A stretch of 62,279 nucleotides of DNA, filler included, from Dimargaris cristalligena (taxonomy: Eukaryota), in assembly GCA_003614675.1 (NCBI GenBank). It is 7 parts of 7 records of this genome, joined end to end, with 100 filler letters (N's around TTAATTAATTAA, not from the genome) between each part and the next. Parts side by side here need not be neighbours in the genome. Positions count along the whole stretch, not along the records: positions 26,775 to 35,582 come from ML003304.1; positions 35,683 to 44,488 come from ML003305.1; positions 44,589 to 53,389 come from ML003306.1; 4 more parts are not named here. One strand, given 5' to 3'. A model generated the notes under the pieces. It ran no database searches. It saw only the letters and a list, made by a program, of their open reading frames with translations, and was not told where the DNA came from. Below, piece by piece: positions 33,656 to 45,239 of the stretch. The position numbers and the translations under genes are program-made. How positions within the stretch are numbered: position 1 is the first letter of the stretch; every line of letters begins with the position of its first letter.

Positions 33656-35582
33656 TCAGGCCGTAGCCCGGAGCGTAGTGTTCGTGAACGGCAATTGAAG
33701 GGCGGCCGACTCAAATCCCGTGCCACTAAGCCATTGGTCCACGAGCTTGTTGCTTAAGGCTTGCTCTACGAAAGCGGACTTGGGAAGCGGGGGCAGGGTG
33801 GAGCGGAGTGTGAGGAAGGAAACCGAGGTTTCCAATTTACCATCTTGGCCCTCAACTCTATTAATAAATATCTGGCGGTTTAAGGACCGAAAAGCCGATG
33901 AATAGGTATCTAGACTGAGGTCATATCCTTTGGTCTTGGCCCCATCCTTCATTACTGTGGCGGCCTTATTGAAGCCCAATAGTAGGGCAATGTTGTAAAT
34001 CTCAGTCATCCACAAAGGACCTGTAATACCAAGGGTCCATCGTAAATCTGTGGAAATATCCGGGAAGTTCACATAACCAAACTCCAAGAGCACTGGTTTG
34101 GCCAGCATTATCAATGGGTCTAATAATCCCGACATATTAAACACATCCATTAGCCGGGCGATATAGTCCTGTAGCAGAGTGTCCTTCTTATAGTGGACCA
34201 ATGCTCCGATGATTAGAGAAATTGAATATATAGCAGTCGTATCGGCGACATCTACCCCGGAAGCACTGTGCCAGCTATTGGGGTTGTGTACAATGGAGGT
34301 TGCGTTGCCGTACCGAACCATGGCTGGAAGATTTAAAGATTGTTCCCGAAGCTTCAGTATAGTTTCCGTAATGGTCCAGAGTTTTTCAATGTCACTTTCG
34401 ATGGCTATTTTTGCTAATGGGAATAAAGTCGCCAGCTGGCCCTGGTCCAATTGATCGAGGCGTACGTAGCACCAGTCGGGATAAGCCATTTGCAGCTCGA
34501 CCCGGAGCTCCGGATGACTCAAAAGTTCTACTTTGCCAGTCCATAGATCGCTCCACTCAAAGGCAACATCCGGGTTTGCCGCAAAGGCAGCCAAGTCTCC
34601 GGCGATATCGGGGTCACTGTCAATCTCCATATCATTTCCCATAATGAGCGGTTCACCGGTTGGCGATATTTGATTGTTATTGAGGGTGCGGTACACCCAG
34701 TGGAATACGGCCGAGGTCAGTTCAGCACTCATGAGCTTCTTTAGAGTGACCTCCCAGTCGATATTTTGTGGACCTAGCCCAAGCTGGTCTGCTAGAGTAT
34801 TAATATATTGGTATTGCTAGGCAGATGAAACATGCATGGTGATATATATGGGTGAAATTCAAACCAGCTGTATAAGGTTTTACATAATAAATATATATGG
34901 GTGAATATATATAAGAATAGCTTTTAACCAGTAATATTGGCCTCATCCAATGGATTTTTTATTATACAGCCTAAATGAACTTCTCCCATATATATATATA
35001 TATATATATAATTGGTTAGGGCTAATCCATAATGCGGCTGCATAGAAGCCGTACTACTGGGCCAATGGGATGATAAGGGTGGGATGGTATGCCGAGTAAT
35101 GTTTTCATCGGTATTGTCTACGGAGCCTGGGGTGCGTATTCCTGAATAACTCTCGGCCAAGTAAAGATTAGACTAGCTAGTTCACTTACGTCGATCATTT
35201 TTACGTATTCTGGTTTGGAGTTAACCAGTGCCTGATTATATTTAGATGTTTGGGCTAATTGGCTCAAGCCATGCGCAGGTAGGTAGTTGGCCATCGTCCC
35301 AAGAACTTCCGGGGGAAAATCCACAGCTTTCCTCCCTGTTCTTTCCTTGGGTTGGGTATGGTCGTCAGTGGTGGTTTCCTGTTCACCGAACGCCGTATTT
35401 TGCTGGAACCGGGTGTTGTCGCCCATTAAGGCCGCAGCCATCATCTCGTTGGGCTGGGACGGTGACTTCGACGACCACTCGTTCGAGGCTTGCGAAGCAT
35501 AATTGGCATGGCCAGGGGCGTTAGGGCGACCGGAAACCATGGCACAGTGGGCCAAAAGCATACCCACCAAGGTAACGGAGTA
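33656..35582 (-). CDS. Signal-peptide + F-box-like protein (~520 aa); exons >35582-35190 and 34816-33656; start codon cut off by contig end
   Basis: N-terminus YSVTLVGMLLAHCAMVSG|RP, F-box-like DFPPEVLGTMANYLPAHGLSQLAQTSKYNQALV, and a phase-0 GTAAGT..TAG intron (34817-35189) that joins in frame to ORF 33656-34732. Confidence 0.7.
34849..34988 (-). mobile_element. MITE family A copy 3, inside the intron of the F-box gene, inserted in a TA repeat
   Basis: Reverse-orientation match to copies 1 and 2. Confidence 0.85.
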
Positions 35583-35682
35583 NNNNNNNNNNNNNNNNNN
35601 NNNNNNNNNNNNNNNNNNNNNNNNNNTTAATTAATTAANNNNNNNNNNNNNNNNNNNNNNNNNNNNNNNNNNNNNNNNNNNN

Positions 35683-37380
35683 TTGCTGCCACCGATTTTC
35701 AGTACCTGGTCCCCACCAGTGGTAAGGCCCTTCGCGGCACCCTTAGTGTTGTCAATCAGATCGTTGACCGCTTGCTGCAGCCGCGCCCAGTACATATAAA
35801 TGGATCGCATGGTAGGCCTGTTAATATCCTGGTTTAAGGCGTCCGCGGTAAGTTTGGAGGGAGCTACAATCGGGGAGCTGCCCTTTTTCAATGGCAGCTC
35901 GCCAAGGATAATATTATTGGCTTCGCGAATACTAGCGGCGAGTTTGATAATATTAATGTAAAAAACATTGAAGGGGTTTTCCATGACCACACCACCAATT
36001 ATACCCGCGGGACGGAATCGATTAGGGGAAACGGGAAGCGCTTCCAGGAAAAACAAGTCGGTACGGGCATCGGCGCGGACAATCTCGGCCTTGGTAAGGA
36101 CCGGACGGGGGGGCAGCGCTCGGGGTGGTACGGGCGGCGGCCAGATCGGCGTACGGGCCGTAGCGACCAAAGAGCACTTCGATGAACTCGTGTTCATGGT
36201 AAGACAGGAGTCGGANNNNNNNNNNNNNNNNNNNNNNNNNNNNNNNNNNNNNNNNNNNNNNNNNNNNNNNNNNNNNNNNNNNNNNNNNNNNNNNNNNNNN
36301 NNNGAGGAGGAGGTGATTCCGGACATGCATAGGGGTAAACATGGTCTGGTTCTTGGTGGACTCGTTCAGGGCGAAGGAGTCTTTCGGATCGGACTCGGCA
36401 TCTCCCGCATCTTTAGTCTCATCCTCATCGCTGCTAGTGGGGATATCGCTTGTGGGGGCATCTTCCTCGTCGCTGTCGCTGTCGCTGTTGCTGTCGGCGT
36501 GGTCGCCGTTACGAGGAGCCGACTGCCGGGCCAGGGGGTTGGTTTCCTCCTTGGGAGCCAAGACGTCCAGTGGGGACAGTTGAATTTGTCGCGACGAAGG
36601 GGATAGGGTACTAATAACCAGGCGGTTGTGCCCGATCTTGCGCACCGCGTTGTTCGCGGCGGTACAGTTTTGGCAACGGGCACGTTTGGAGGCTTCGATG
36701 ATTTCCTTGATCACTTTGGAAATTTCGGCGGTGACCAGGGTCTGTTTGTAGGAACTGACGTCGGCGGCGTGCTCCTTCACCATCTTCTGGTAGAACTCCT
36801 CGAGTATCTCACGGAACTTTTCCGCGGAGTACCTGTCCTCGTCCTCATCCTTGGTTCGGCCCTGGCCATTCGCTCTCGGCAGGAAACGGGAATCCTCGAC
36901 GGCCTCGGAAAACTCGCCGTCGCTGTTGCCGTCGTCGCTAGCCGGAGGCCGGCAAGGGCTAATGTAGTCAACCTGCATGGCGGCACCCAAAAGGCCCTTG
37001 TGCAAAAGACGAAGCTTGATTAAGGCCCGGTCGATGGACTCCCGGGAGGCCCGGAGACCGTGGCAGAAAAAGCAGGTGGCGCCAATGAGCTTGACGACGT
37101 CGCTGAGCAACAGAGGATTGAACACAGGGCAGGGGAGTTCAATGTGGCCGTAGTGGCCAGGGCAGCTGTCCTGATCCAGGGAGCAGGTGTGGCAAATGGC
37201 GTTGCGGTTGATGGGACCCAAAGCCGGGTCGTTCAGACCACCCTTAATGGGGTGGTCAAGGGTATCCAGCACCTCGGCGCGGTGAATTTGGCGCACCGAC
37301 AGCTTGCGGATCTCGTTCGACTCGAAGAACGAGAACGACAGGCCCTCGACCTGGGACGATACGGGCTGGGAAATATTCAT
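35683..37380 (-). CDS. RPA190: RNA polymerase I largest subunit, 5' portion (internal N gap 36216-36303; truncated at contig end)
   Basis: MNISQPVSSQVEGLSFSFF..EIRKLSV..GGLNDPALGP..CHTC..CPGHYGHIELP..VFNP and FFLEALPVSPNRFRPA. Confidence 0.95.
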
Positions 37381-38178
37381 ACTGGGTCAGTTGCAGGGCT
37401 CAAACACTATATATACGTAGGCAATAAATAATATAAAAAATTACGGGCTAGGTGCAGGGAAATCGAAGAGATTCCGTCAAACACTGCGAATGCCTAATAA
37501 ACATATATATATAAAGAAGCAGCGGGTTTCAGAGACCGTTGCCAAGGCAGTCAAAAAGAAGAGCGAGTGTCGTTTCCTTAGCGTGCTATAATATTGGTGC
37601 CTAAGCTCCAGGCTGCAGTAGCAAAAAAAAATAGGCCTTTTGACCTCCAAAAAAAAAAGGCACCGATTCGTTTTAATGTGGTGCTCGTTTGGCTCAAAAT
37701 CCATTTTTTTTCTCCATCTGCTGCAGGCCTGGTTAATGAAAAAGAGAAACACCACACCACACAATACATGGTCTCTCTCATTTACCGTATATATGACGCG
37801 CCCACACTATAAAGGCTCCCCTCTCTTTATCTCTCTCTCTCTCTCTCTTGACAATTGGCAGCTCATTAACCGACTATCGATAATTCGTGGGCTACAGTCA
37901 CGTGATAAAAATTAAAGGCCACTCCCCGCCCACAGACATCTACTTATATACGCTTGGGCGAACCAGCCCCCTCCCCGTCAGAGATAAACGAGGCCTAAAT
38001 TCACCCCTAATAGGGCCCCCCCAGTTGAAGCAGACTTAGCCACAGCGTTGCTTATTAGTCTTGGATATATAGAATACGTGGATAGGTGCTATTTGCTGAG
38101 TAGCTCACATCAATACATAATGCCAGCAATATATATATATATTATATTAAGTAAAAAATAAAACACCCCACTTCCCTC

Positions 38179-41100
38179 TCACTGAGGTGGATAGGGTCTC
38201 GAACCGGTGGAGGAATAGGCCCCTGAGTAATGGTAATGATGCGAACTATGGTCATTGGCGCCCGTGAAAGGATGCTGGCTAGAGTGGGCCGAGGGGGGTG
38301 GCGGGGCCGTATGATTAGGGTAGGGGTAATAGCCGCCGGAGCCATTGCCGGTACTAGTATACCCTTCCGAGAATCTGGACGAAGCCCCCCCGGGGTGCTG
38401 CTGTTGATGCTGATTAACTTCGTGCACAATACCCACGAGCTTCTGCATGACTTCTTCGAGCTTGGCCTTGCGGTCCGCCAGGTCCAGCTGGTGCACAATG
38501 TGGGGGTTTTCGCGGGCAAACTGGTAGATCTGGTCCTTATTGAGTCCGTAGTAGAGGCGGTTGTCCAATTCCCGGGGGAACTGGAAGAAGAATTCGTTCA
38601 GTAATTCCACCTGGATAAAGAGCACAGCGTTATGCGCCAATTTGGCCGCCAGGGTATGCAGAAACACCTCGGGGCAGATCACCCGGTTGGACTGGGTGCG
38701 ACACGCCCGGATTTTGGTCGCCGCGAGGCGATACTTCAGGGTCAGGAGACGGTGCCGGAGGTAAATGGCCTCCCGCGCCTTGTCCAGTAATCGGGGACTG
38801 TAGACAATCGTCCGGGGAGTCGCGGAGCTCGTAGGGGCATCGTCCAGGTCAATTACCTGCGGGCGGGGGGATGTCGGGCCCGAGGAGGGTTGGGCCTCGG
38901 TCGACGGATCGGTGGCCCCGGATGCCAAAGCCGTCGGCGAGGGGCTATTCGCCTCCGACAACGTCGGTGATGGCGAGTTCCCGGCCGGGGCACTCGTCGG
39001 TGCCGAAGCTTCCGGGACAGCGGTCTTGTCCCACAAATGTGCGGCGACCGAAACGGGCATAGGTTGGCGCAGCCGGGCGGCCAGTCGGCTATGCGGATTG
39101 AATTCAGCGGGGTTAGCCGCATCCTGGGCCAGGTCCTTGACGAACCGAACGGCATCGTTGAGTTTCTTCCGGCCCACCTGGTCCCTAAGTTCCCGAAGCG
39201 CGCGTCCGCAGCTATCAATCTCGCGGCTCAGATTACTAATGGTGCGCTCCCGGGCCTCCTGCCATTCGGCGTCCGTACAGTCCACCTCGTATTTGAGGGG
39301 CTTGAGGGTGTTTTCCACTTGTTCAACCGCCATTAAGTACCGGCTACGGATCATCTCCTGACTGAATTGCATCACCACCCGGCGCGCACCTTCATGGTAG
39401 GAAAAGGGCTTGGCTGATACCATGGACTGTAAGTTATGAAGCAAGGTATCCACAATCAGCTGGGTGCTCCAGCGACCCACTCCACTCTTAGTCAGGAGTG
39501 ACTGGGTGCGTTCCAACTTGCGCTGCCAGTAGAGCGGGCGTCCATCGTCTGCGGCATCGGCACCGCCATTTTTATCACCGGCCCCCATCCTCCGGGAGCT
39601 TGCTGGAGTAGATGGATACCCCGCCGACGGGTAATAGTTGTACATGGCGGGCAAAGCACTAAGCACCGACGGCGCCAGAGTACCCAATTCCTTGGTCGCT
39701 GGTTCGTCCCAGTAGGTCTCAGCACACACATCCATCACGCGTTCCTCAAGCATACGCCGAATTTCCTCGCGGATTTCCGTCCGCCCGAACCGGGTCGTAA
39801 ACTCTTTGAAGCGGCGTTTCAGTTGGTCCAGAGAATCCATGGCGTACGATTCGGCTGAAATACGCTGGTCGCTGTAGTGCACCTTGAACTGATAACGCGT
39901 CTCATCGAGTTCCGTTTGTACCGCGTCCACGATATCCCGCAGGTTAACGATCATATGTCGCTCCAGCACGGCAATGAGGGTATTCCGGAGCGTGGTCACG
40001 CCCAATTTCAGGGGCTGTTCCTGGTAGATGGGATGCAATTCATAGTACTGATTTTCTGTGATAGTATCGGAGATGGTCGCTACAGTATCATCGCCTTTGG
40101 CGCTGGAGCGGGTGAGTTTGGATGAGAAGCGGGCCACGGCGGAGCTCTTATCCGGCAGGTGGTCCCGCTGCTTGAGGGGCTTGCAAATAACCCCGACGTA
40201 GCCTAGCTGCAGGGGGTAATCCTTATTGAGCAAAATCCCACGTCCGGTCTCGGGTTCGACGGTATCCATTTTGGTGATGACACCCAGGGTCCTTAAACCC
40301 AGGGGGTCGGCTCGCCGGCTGGCCAGCAGGGCCTCCGAGTTGGCGAGATCGACGTCGGCGGCACACACGGCCAGAATGATATTGGGGGCTTGGATGTAGC
40401 GCTCGCAAAGCTGCTGGATTTGGGATTTCAGAGCCGCGGGTTGGTTGCGGTTGTGGATTTGGATGTAGCCGGGCAGGTCAACCAGTTTGAGATCCGGTAC
40501 TTGGGCCGAGTAGATACGCAGGTCGATGGGCTTGTCCGAAACGCACTCTGAGTCGGGGACGGCTAAGTTGAGGTCGGTTAGGGTCTTGCGGATCTGGTCA
40601 AAGTCGTGGATCTTACCTAGGCCAAGCTCAGGGAATTCGCCGTACTGTTCGGTAGAATGCGGGGTGTGCACTAGCGTCAATTCAATGGGCCGCCGGGTTA
40701 CCATATTGGAGCCCTTCGGTAGGAAGTGCTGGCCGACGATGGCCTCTAGTACGGAACTTTTGCCGGAACTCTGGGACCCAATGACCACGATACTGGGCAG
40801 CTGCAAGGGTCGCTTCTCGAAATTAACGGTCTTGAGGGTATTCTGAATCTCGATAAGTGTCTTGATTAATCGCGCAAATTCGGCCTGGTTGGCCGGGTAG
40901 GCTTCGGGAGCCCCTGGACCACGCGGTGCTGGCGGACCTCCCGAAGAATCCGAGCGTCTTCCCGAATTGGAAGTATCATTCAGCGACGGTGGGCGACGAG
41001 CGGAATCCGTATCGTCTTGATCAGCCATGGCGGCGTAATAGGTGTAGGTGGAGGGGTCCGGTGGAACAAACTCGCCATTACCCCCCGCTTCACCGGAACT

Positions 41101-41676
41101 CCCCCCGCCTTGGCTACCAGTGCCCCCGGCTAAATCAGGCCCCGGATGGCTCCCGGAGGCGAAGACGCTCGGAGTGGCCGCGGTATTCTGGTAGGCCGAG
41201 TAGATGTTTTGGAACCAGCCGCTGACATTGGCATCGGCAGCGTTTAGGTCCTGCGACCGATCGGACATCCAACCGCGGGCATTGGCGGCAAAGTCCACCA
41301 ACCAGTCGGGGGTGAAATCACTGGTAACCTGGTTAATTTTGTAGTTAGCGTAAGTCGCCACACCCGCCCCCGCCCCGATAAACGTAAGGGGTACTTTGAC
41401 GAGACCGCCCACCACGCGGGGAACCACGCGGCGGAAGATAAAGCTGAATGGTCGGGCGGACTGGTAGGCGTGGGATGAGCGGGCTGGGACGGGTCGGTGC
41501 AGAAGTGACGGGACCAACGAGTACGAGGTCCCCGCCCCTGGTGAGCGGTAGGCCGGGGTGGAAAGGTGCCGAGAGGTAATAGTCCGGGCTCGTTTGACGG
41601 TGGTAAGTAGGGGTTTTCCAGGAAGTCTCGGGCGGCCTATCCGGGGCAGGACCCGGGCAAAGGCCTGTGTGAACAT
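38179..41676 (-). CDS. MGM1: Mitochondrial dynamin-like GTPase Mgm1/Msp1
   Basis: Mitochondrial presequence-like N-terminus, TM segment (VPLTFIGAGAGVATYANYK), LPSIVVIGSQSSGKSSVLE, NMVTRRPIELTL, DLPGYI, TKMD and C-terminal FFFQFPRELD..FARENP. Confidence 0.95.
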   Translation of the reverse strand: MFTQAFARVLPRIGRPRLPGKPLLTTVKRARTITSRHLSTPAYRSPGAGTSYSLVPSLLHRPVPARSSHAYQSARPFSFIFRRVVPRVVGGLVKVPLTFIGAGAGVATYANYKINQVTSDFTPDWLVDFAANARGWMSDRSQDLNAADANVSGWFQNIYSAYQNTAATPSVFASGSHPGPDLAGGTGSQGGGSSGEAGGNGEFVPPDPSTYTYYAAMADQDDTDSARRPPSLNDTSNSGRRSDSSGGPPAPRGPGAPEAYPANQAEFARLIKTLIEIQNTLKTVNFEKRPLQLPSIVVIGSQSSGKSSVLEAIVGQHFLPKGSNMVTRRPIELTLVHTPHSTEQYGEFPELGLGKIHDFDQIRKTLTDLNLAVPDSECVSDKPIDLRIYSAQVPDLKLVDLPGYIQIHNRNQPAALKSQIQQLCERYIQAPNIILAVCAADVDLANSEALLASRRADPLGLRTLGVITKMDTVEPETGRGILLNKDYPLQLGYVGVICKPLKQRDHLPDKSSAVARFSSKLTRSSAKGDDTVATISDTITENQYYELHPIYQEQPLKLGVTTLRNTLIAVLERHMIVNLRDIVDAVQTELDETRYQFKVHYSDQRISAESYAMDSLDQLKRRFKEFTTRFGRTEIREEIRRMLEERVMDVCAETYWDEPATKELGTLAPSVLSALPAMYNYYPSAGYPSTPASSRRMGAGDKNGGADAADDGRPLYWQRKLERTQSLLTKSGVGRWSTQLIVDTLLHNLQSMVSAKPFSYHEGARRVVMQFSQEMIRSRYLMAVEQVENTLKPLKYEVDCTDAEWQEARERTISNLSREIDSCGRALRELRDQVGRKKLNDAVRFVKDLAQDAANPAEFNPHSRLAARLRQPMPVSVAAHLWDKTAVPEASAPTSAPAGNSPSPTLSEANSPSPTALASGATDPSTEAQPSSGPTSPRPQVIDLDDAPTSSATPRTIVYSPRLLDKAREAIYLRHRLLTLKYRLAATKIRACRTQSNRVICPEVFLHTLAAKLAHNAVLFIQVELLNEFFFQFPRELDNRLYYGLNKDQIYQFARENPHIVHQLDLADRKAKLEEVMQKLVGIVHEVNQHQQQHPGGASSRFSEGYTSTGNGSGGYYPYPNHTAPPPPSAHSSQHPFTGANDHSSHHYHYSGAYSSTGSRPYPPQ

Positions 41677-42877
41677 GTCTGTTTGCTGCAAAATAAGAAA
41701 ACCTAAATGAGTCCGAACAAAACAAGGGCCTGGAATAGTCGGCGGGGGCTAGTGGAAAAGGTGGCACCGAATCCACGGAGGCTAGTACTGGGACTCACTC
41801 GGAATTGGCCGGTACAAAATGCAAGGGAAGCAATGTGGTTGTAGTCTCGAAAGCAGTGGAGGCTCTAAATGAAGTATGATTCTCCTCAATTGGAGGGGGG
41901 GGTTCTATAAGATAATGGCGAATCGTAGACGAGCGGGATTAGGTTAGGGAATGCAAGACTCGTTTGCTGTAGGAGGGCTATTAGATAGAGAACGAAGGAA
42001 CAGCTGACTAAAGGCAATGAAACGAGAAAGAATATTGTGTGGGCAAGCAGTTCAATGGACTGCTCTGCTGTAGGAAGGCCACGGGGTCACCCAAGTAACT
42101 TGAAAACGGCTGGTTGGCCCAGTGAAGTATTATTGTTCTACACCCGCTCCAAGACACCCAGGGTGAGTTGATAGATATATGGATGATGGGTCAAAAATTT
42201 ATATAAGCGTCGCCGCAGCATACCACCCCAATTGCGGGTAAATTGACAAAGGCGGATCAAACTGCTGGTGGGGAGAAATAGAGGTTGGTTGTATGGACCA
42301 TTCAGCTCCAATACTGGCAGAGCAGCCTTAGACATTAGTAGTGTTAGGTGGTTTCCAACGCGTGTTGCATGTAGCCAGTTCCTAGAGAGGCTGTATATTT
42401 CTAATTATGTAGAAATTATTTGCTACGTTACAGTAAATAATAACAACTTCTGCTATTTAAGCTCGATATTCCCTAGTCAGTTGGTATGTGCCTCGTAACA
42501 GCTATTTTTCTAGAAAAAGGGAGGAGGAGCTATAAAGACTTCATTATCCAACCTGCTTAATGTGCCCCATTATCCAGGTTAATATATTTTTATATATTAA
42601 AGAATAGTATTCTAGCCCCAAAGAGTCCTGCCAATTTAAGAGGCAGTCCTTCTAAATAGGAGGACACTGTCTCGACTGGCTTCCTAATGCACCTTCTTTT
42701 GTCTTTAAACGATGGGCTGGAAGCCCTTCCCACTTGCAATTCCACTGGCGCCCCTTCCTTTTTCCAACTATCTCCAGTTAACCCAGAGCGGCATTCCCTT
42801 GTTTCCCCTGCTTGTACATTATTCTTCTATTTTTTCTTCCTCTTTCTCCCTCAGTTGGACACCCCGCATCCTTCGCC

Positions 42878-44488
42878 ATGTCCCAACCACCAGCTGGGCC
42901 CACATCGTCGCAGGCGTACGGCGAGTACGAGTGCCTATTGCAGTGCATCGAAGCTGGCGGTGAACTAAATAGCGGTTCTGACCCCAGCATTTATAATTCC
43001 TATCTTCCCATTCTCTTCGAGCGCTATGCTTCTGAGAAAGTCCAGCAGATCGGCGACTCTACCTTGGTTCAAGTCTGGGGCCAATTAACGCAAACTCCGA
43101 AGCGACCTCTCCAGGCTCACCTTCAGGTCCGACTTAGGGCCTTCCTAAAGCAACTGTCCCTTCCCGAGGGCCAGGCCGCCGACACAACTCCCCCAGAAAC
43201 AACTCCAGCAGCACCCCATGTGCTCGAGGCGTTAGACGACTATCTAACCCAACTGGTCCAGTTATCAGCACTGGTAGGCCATACTTTGCAACGGTACCGC
43301 AAGCGACAGGGCCCCATTCCCGAAACCGCTCTGACCCAGTTGGAGCGCCGCCTCAGTACCCACTGCCCGCTATGGCGCGCCCCGGCGCCCCACCCCCACG
43401 AAGTGAGTTTACTCGTTGTAATGAGTTGGCGGGACTTACCCGTCCTTTGGGGAAAAACTGGCTTGGGCCAGCTGGCCCAGACCCTGCTTTTTACGCCCCA
43501 CAGTACGGCTTATATCGAGGCGCTCGTTTTCAACATGCCAGATCAACTGGAAACGGTAGTGGATGCTTTGCTGGCCATCTTCGACCTCTTATCACTTAAG
43601 CACCAGGCCCTCGTCAGTCAGGCTATCCAGACGCTATGCAAGTTTCTGCCTCACCGCACCCGACCGATCCGAAGCCGCCTCTTGGTGAACCAAATCCTTC
43701 CTGAAGTAGCCCTTAAAATTACCCTCCACTTCGATCCCGAACCACTCCCTTTCTTGAACTCGTTTTTCAGCACCCACATTCACTGGAACTCAGCCCATTT
43801 CCCCCGTTGCCACCCCCTGGTCCATGAGCTTAAGGGGCGGCTCTACGATATGTACGGCCCCCACACCGAACCCTCGGCGCTGGTCTATCGCATCCTAACC
43901 GGATTCACCGCGGTTCTACAGGCCCCGGTGGAGGAACGGGACCTCCAGTTTATTAAAAATACCCTGCCCCGCTTGACGGCCGCCACGGCCGATCCGGCCC
44001 TGGCCCTCATCTTAGCGGTGGTGAACCCGCACCGCGCGGCCGGGCCTTTGGCTGAGATTCTGGCCGCCTACAAGGCCCAAGTTCCCGAGGCCCCGTCGTT
44101 CCTATTGATTGCTATTTTCCTGCGTACCCACGAGTACGACCGCGTCGAGGCATTTGTCCAAACCACCCTCGGACTAACCACCTCCATCGGCAAAGATCGG
44201 CTTTACCCCATCCGCGAGCTTTTGATCCCGGACGTCCTATCGGACCTTGAATTGGCCCGGCTCATTACCGGCAACGCCCAAGCAAACCCCCGCGGGGTTG
44301 CCCCGGCCACACGGCACCTGTGCGCTCACAACCTTCTTCAACACAGTGTGTTCCAAACCCACCGTGTCGATATCCGCCCTTGGCTCCTGAGCCAGATTAA
44401 AGATACTACCGAGGCCCCTGCTGCCCCCACGGTAGCGCTGATTAAAGAATTTGTATCGGCGGTTTTCCACTGTCCCACCATCACCCGC
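42878..44488 (+). CDS. INTS2: Integrator complex subunit 2-like, 3'-truncated
   Basis: Colinear motif similarity to metazoan INTS2: LVFNMPD (LVANVPD), LCKFLP..IRSRLL..LPEVALKITL, LLIAIFL..VQTTLG, HLCAHNLLQHSVFQTHRVDIRPWLLSQI (HCIYQLLRSRSFTKHKVSIKDWIYRQL). Confidence 0.75.
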
Positions 44489-44588
44489 NNNNNNNNNNNN
44501 NNNNNNNNNNNNNNNNNNNNNNNNNNNNNNNNTTAATTAATTAANNNNNNNNNNNNNNNNNNNNNNNNNNNNNNNNNNNNNNNNNNNN

Positions 44589-44654
44589 GGTCTAAGGCGC
44601 TACGTTAAGGCCGTAGTCTCTTCGGAGGCGTGGGTTCGAATCCCACTCTGCTCA
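44589..44654 (+). tRNA. tRNA-Leu(AAG), 5'-truncated by contig start
   Basis: GGTCTAAGGCGCTACGTT-AAG-GCCGTAGTCTCTTCGGAGGCGTGGGTTCGAATCCCACTCTGCTCA has a long variable arm and T-loop, followed by a T-rich terminator. Confidence 0.92.
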
Positions 44655-45239
44655 CATCTTTTGTTTCTTTTTACCGGACTATGATTATATTAGAACTGAA
44701 TGTAGCCGAATGTATCAATTGAATTAAAATTGCGGTATCTCAATGCCCAGAGTCTCTAGCCGTTGGCACCTCATTACTCCCGCGAATAAAGAATAAACTA
44801 TTAGTAAACCCGAAAGCTACCAGTGGTCACAGCGACGTCGTTTGTCAAAAGTGCCAAAGTGGTTTAATCAGAAGACATTGCACAGTAGCATAGTCTAGAT
44901 TCATGACGAAAGTTGAAATTATATCGTTATTATCAACTACGATTATTTCCGAAATTAACTTAAATTTTGCTATATAGGTCTTACCCATGACCCAAATGAA
45001 GGAATCTGTCTCTTCAGAAGCTGTAGGTGGTAAGTCAGCGCTGAAACGAAATCTGTTCAACAGCAGAGGCCACCTATGTTGAAGGCCACCTCAAGATTTA
45101 TCAAATTCCACTTTTTTGGTCCGCCTATTTTAACCCCAAATATTTTGACTGCAAAACCGAGGAGCATAATACCAGGTGAGATCCCAAGTAGAAGTCGCAG
45201 TTCGACCACGTCTCCCATTAGTTACCGTTTATCGCACCC

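Noticed and set aside
36216-36303. Apparent frameshift in RPA190
   Set aside because: Coincides with an estimated-length N gap.
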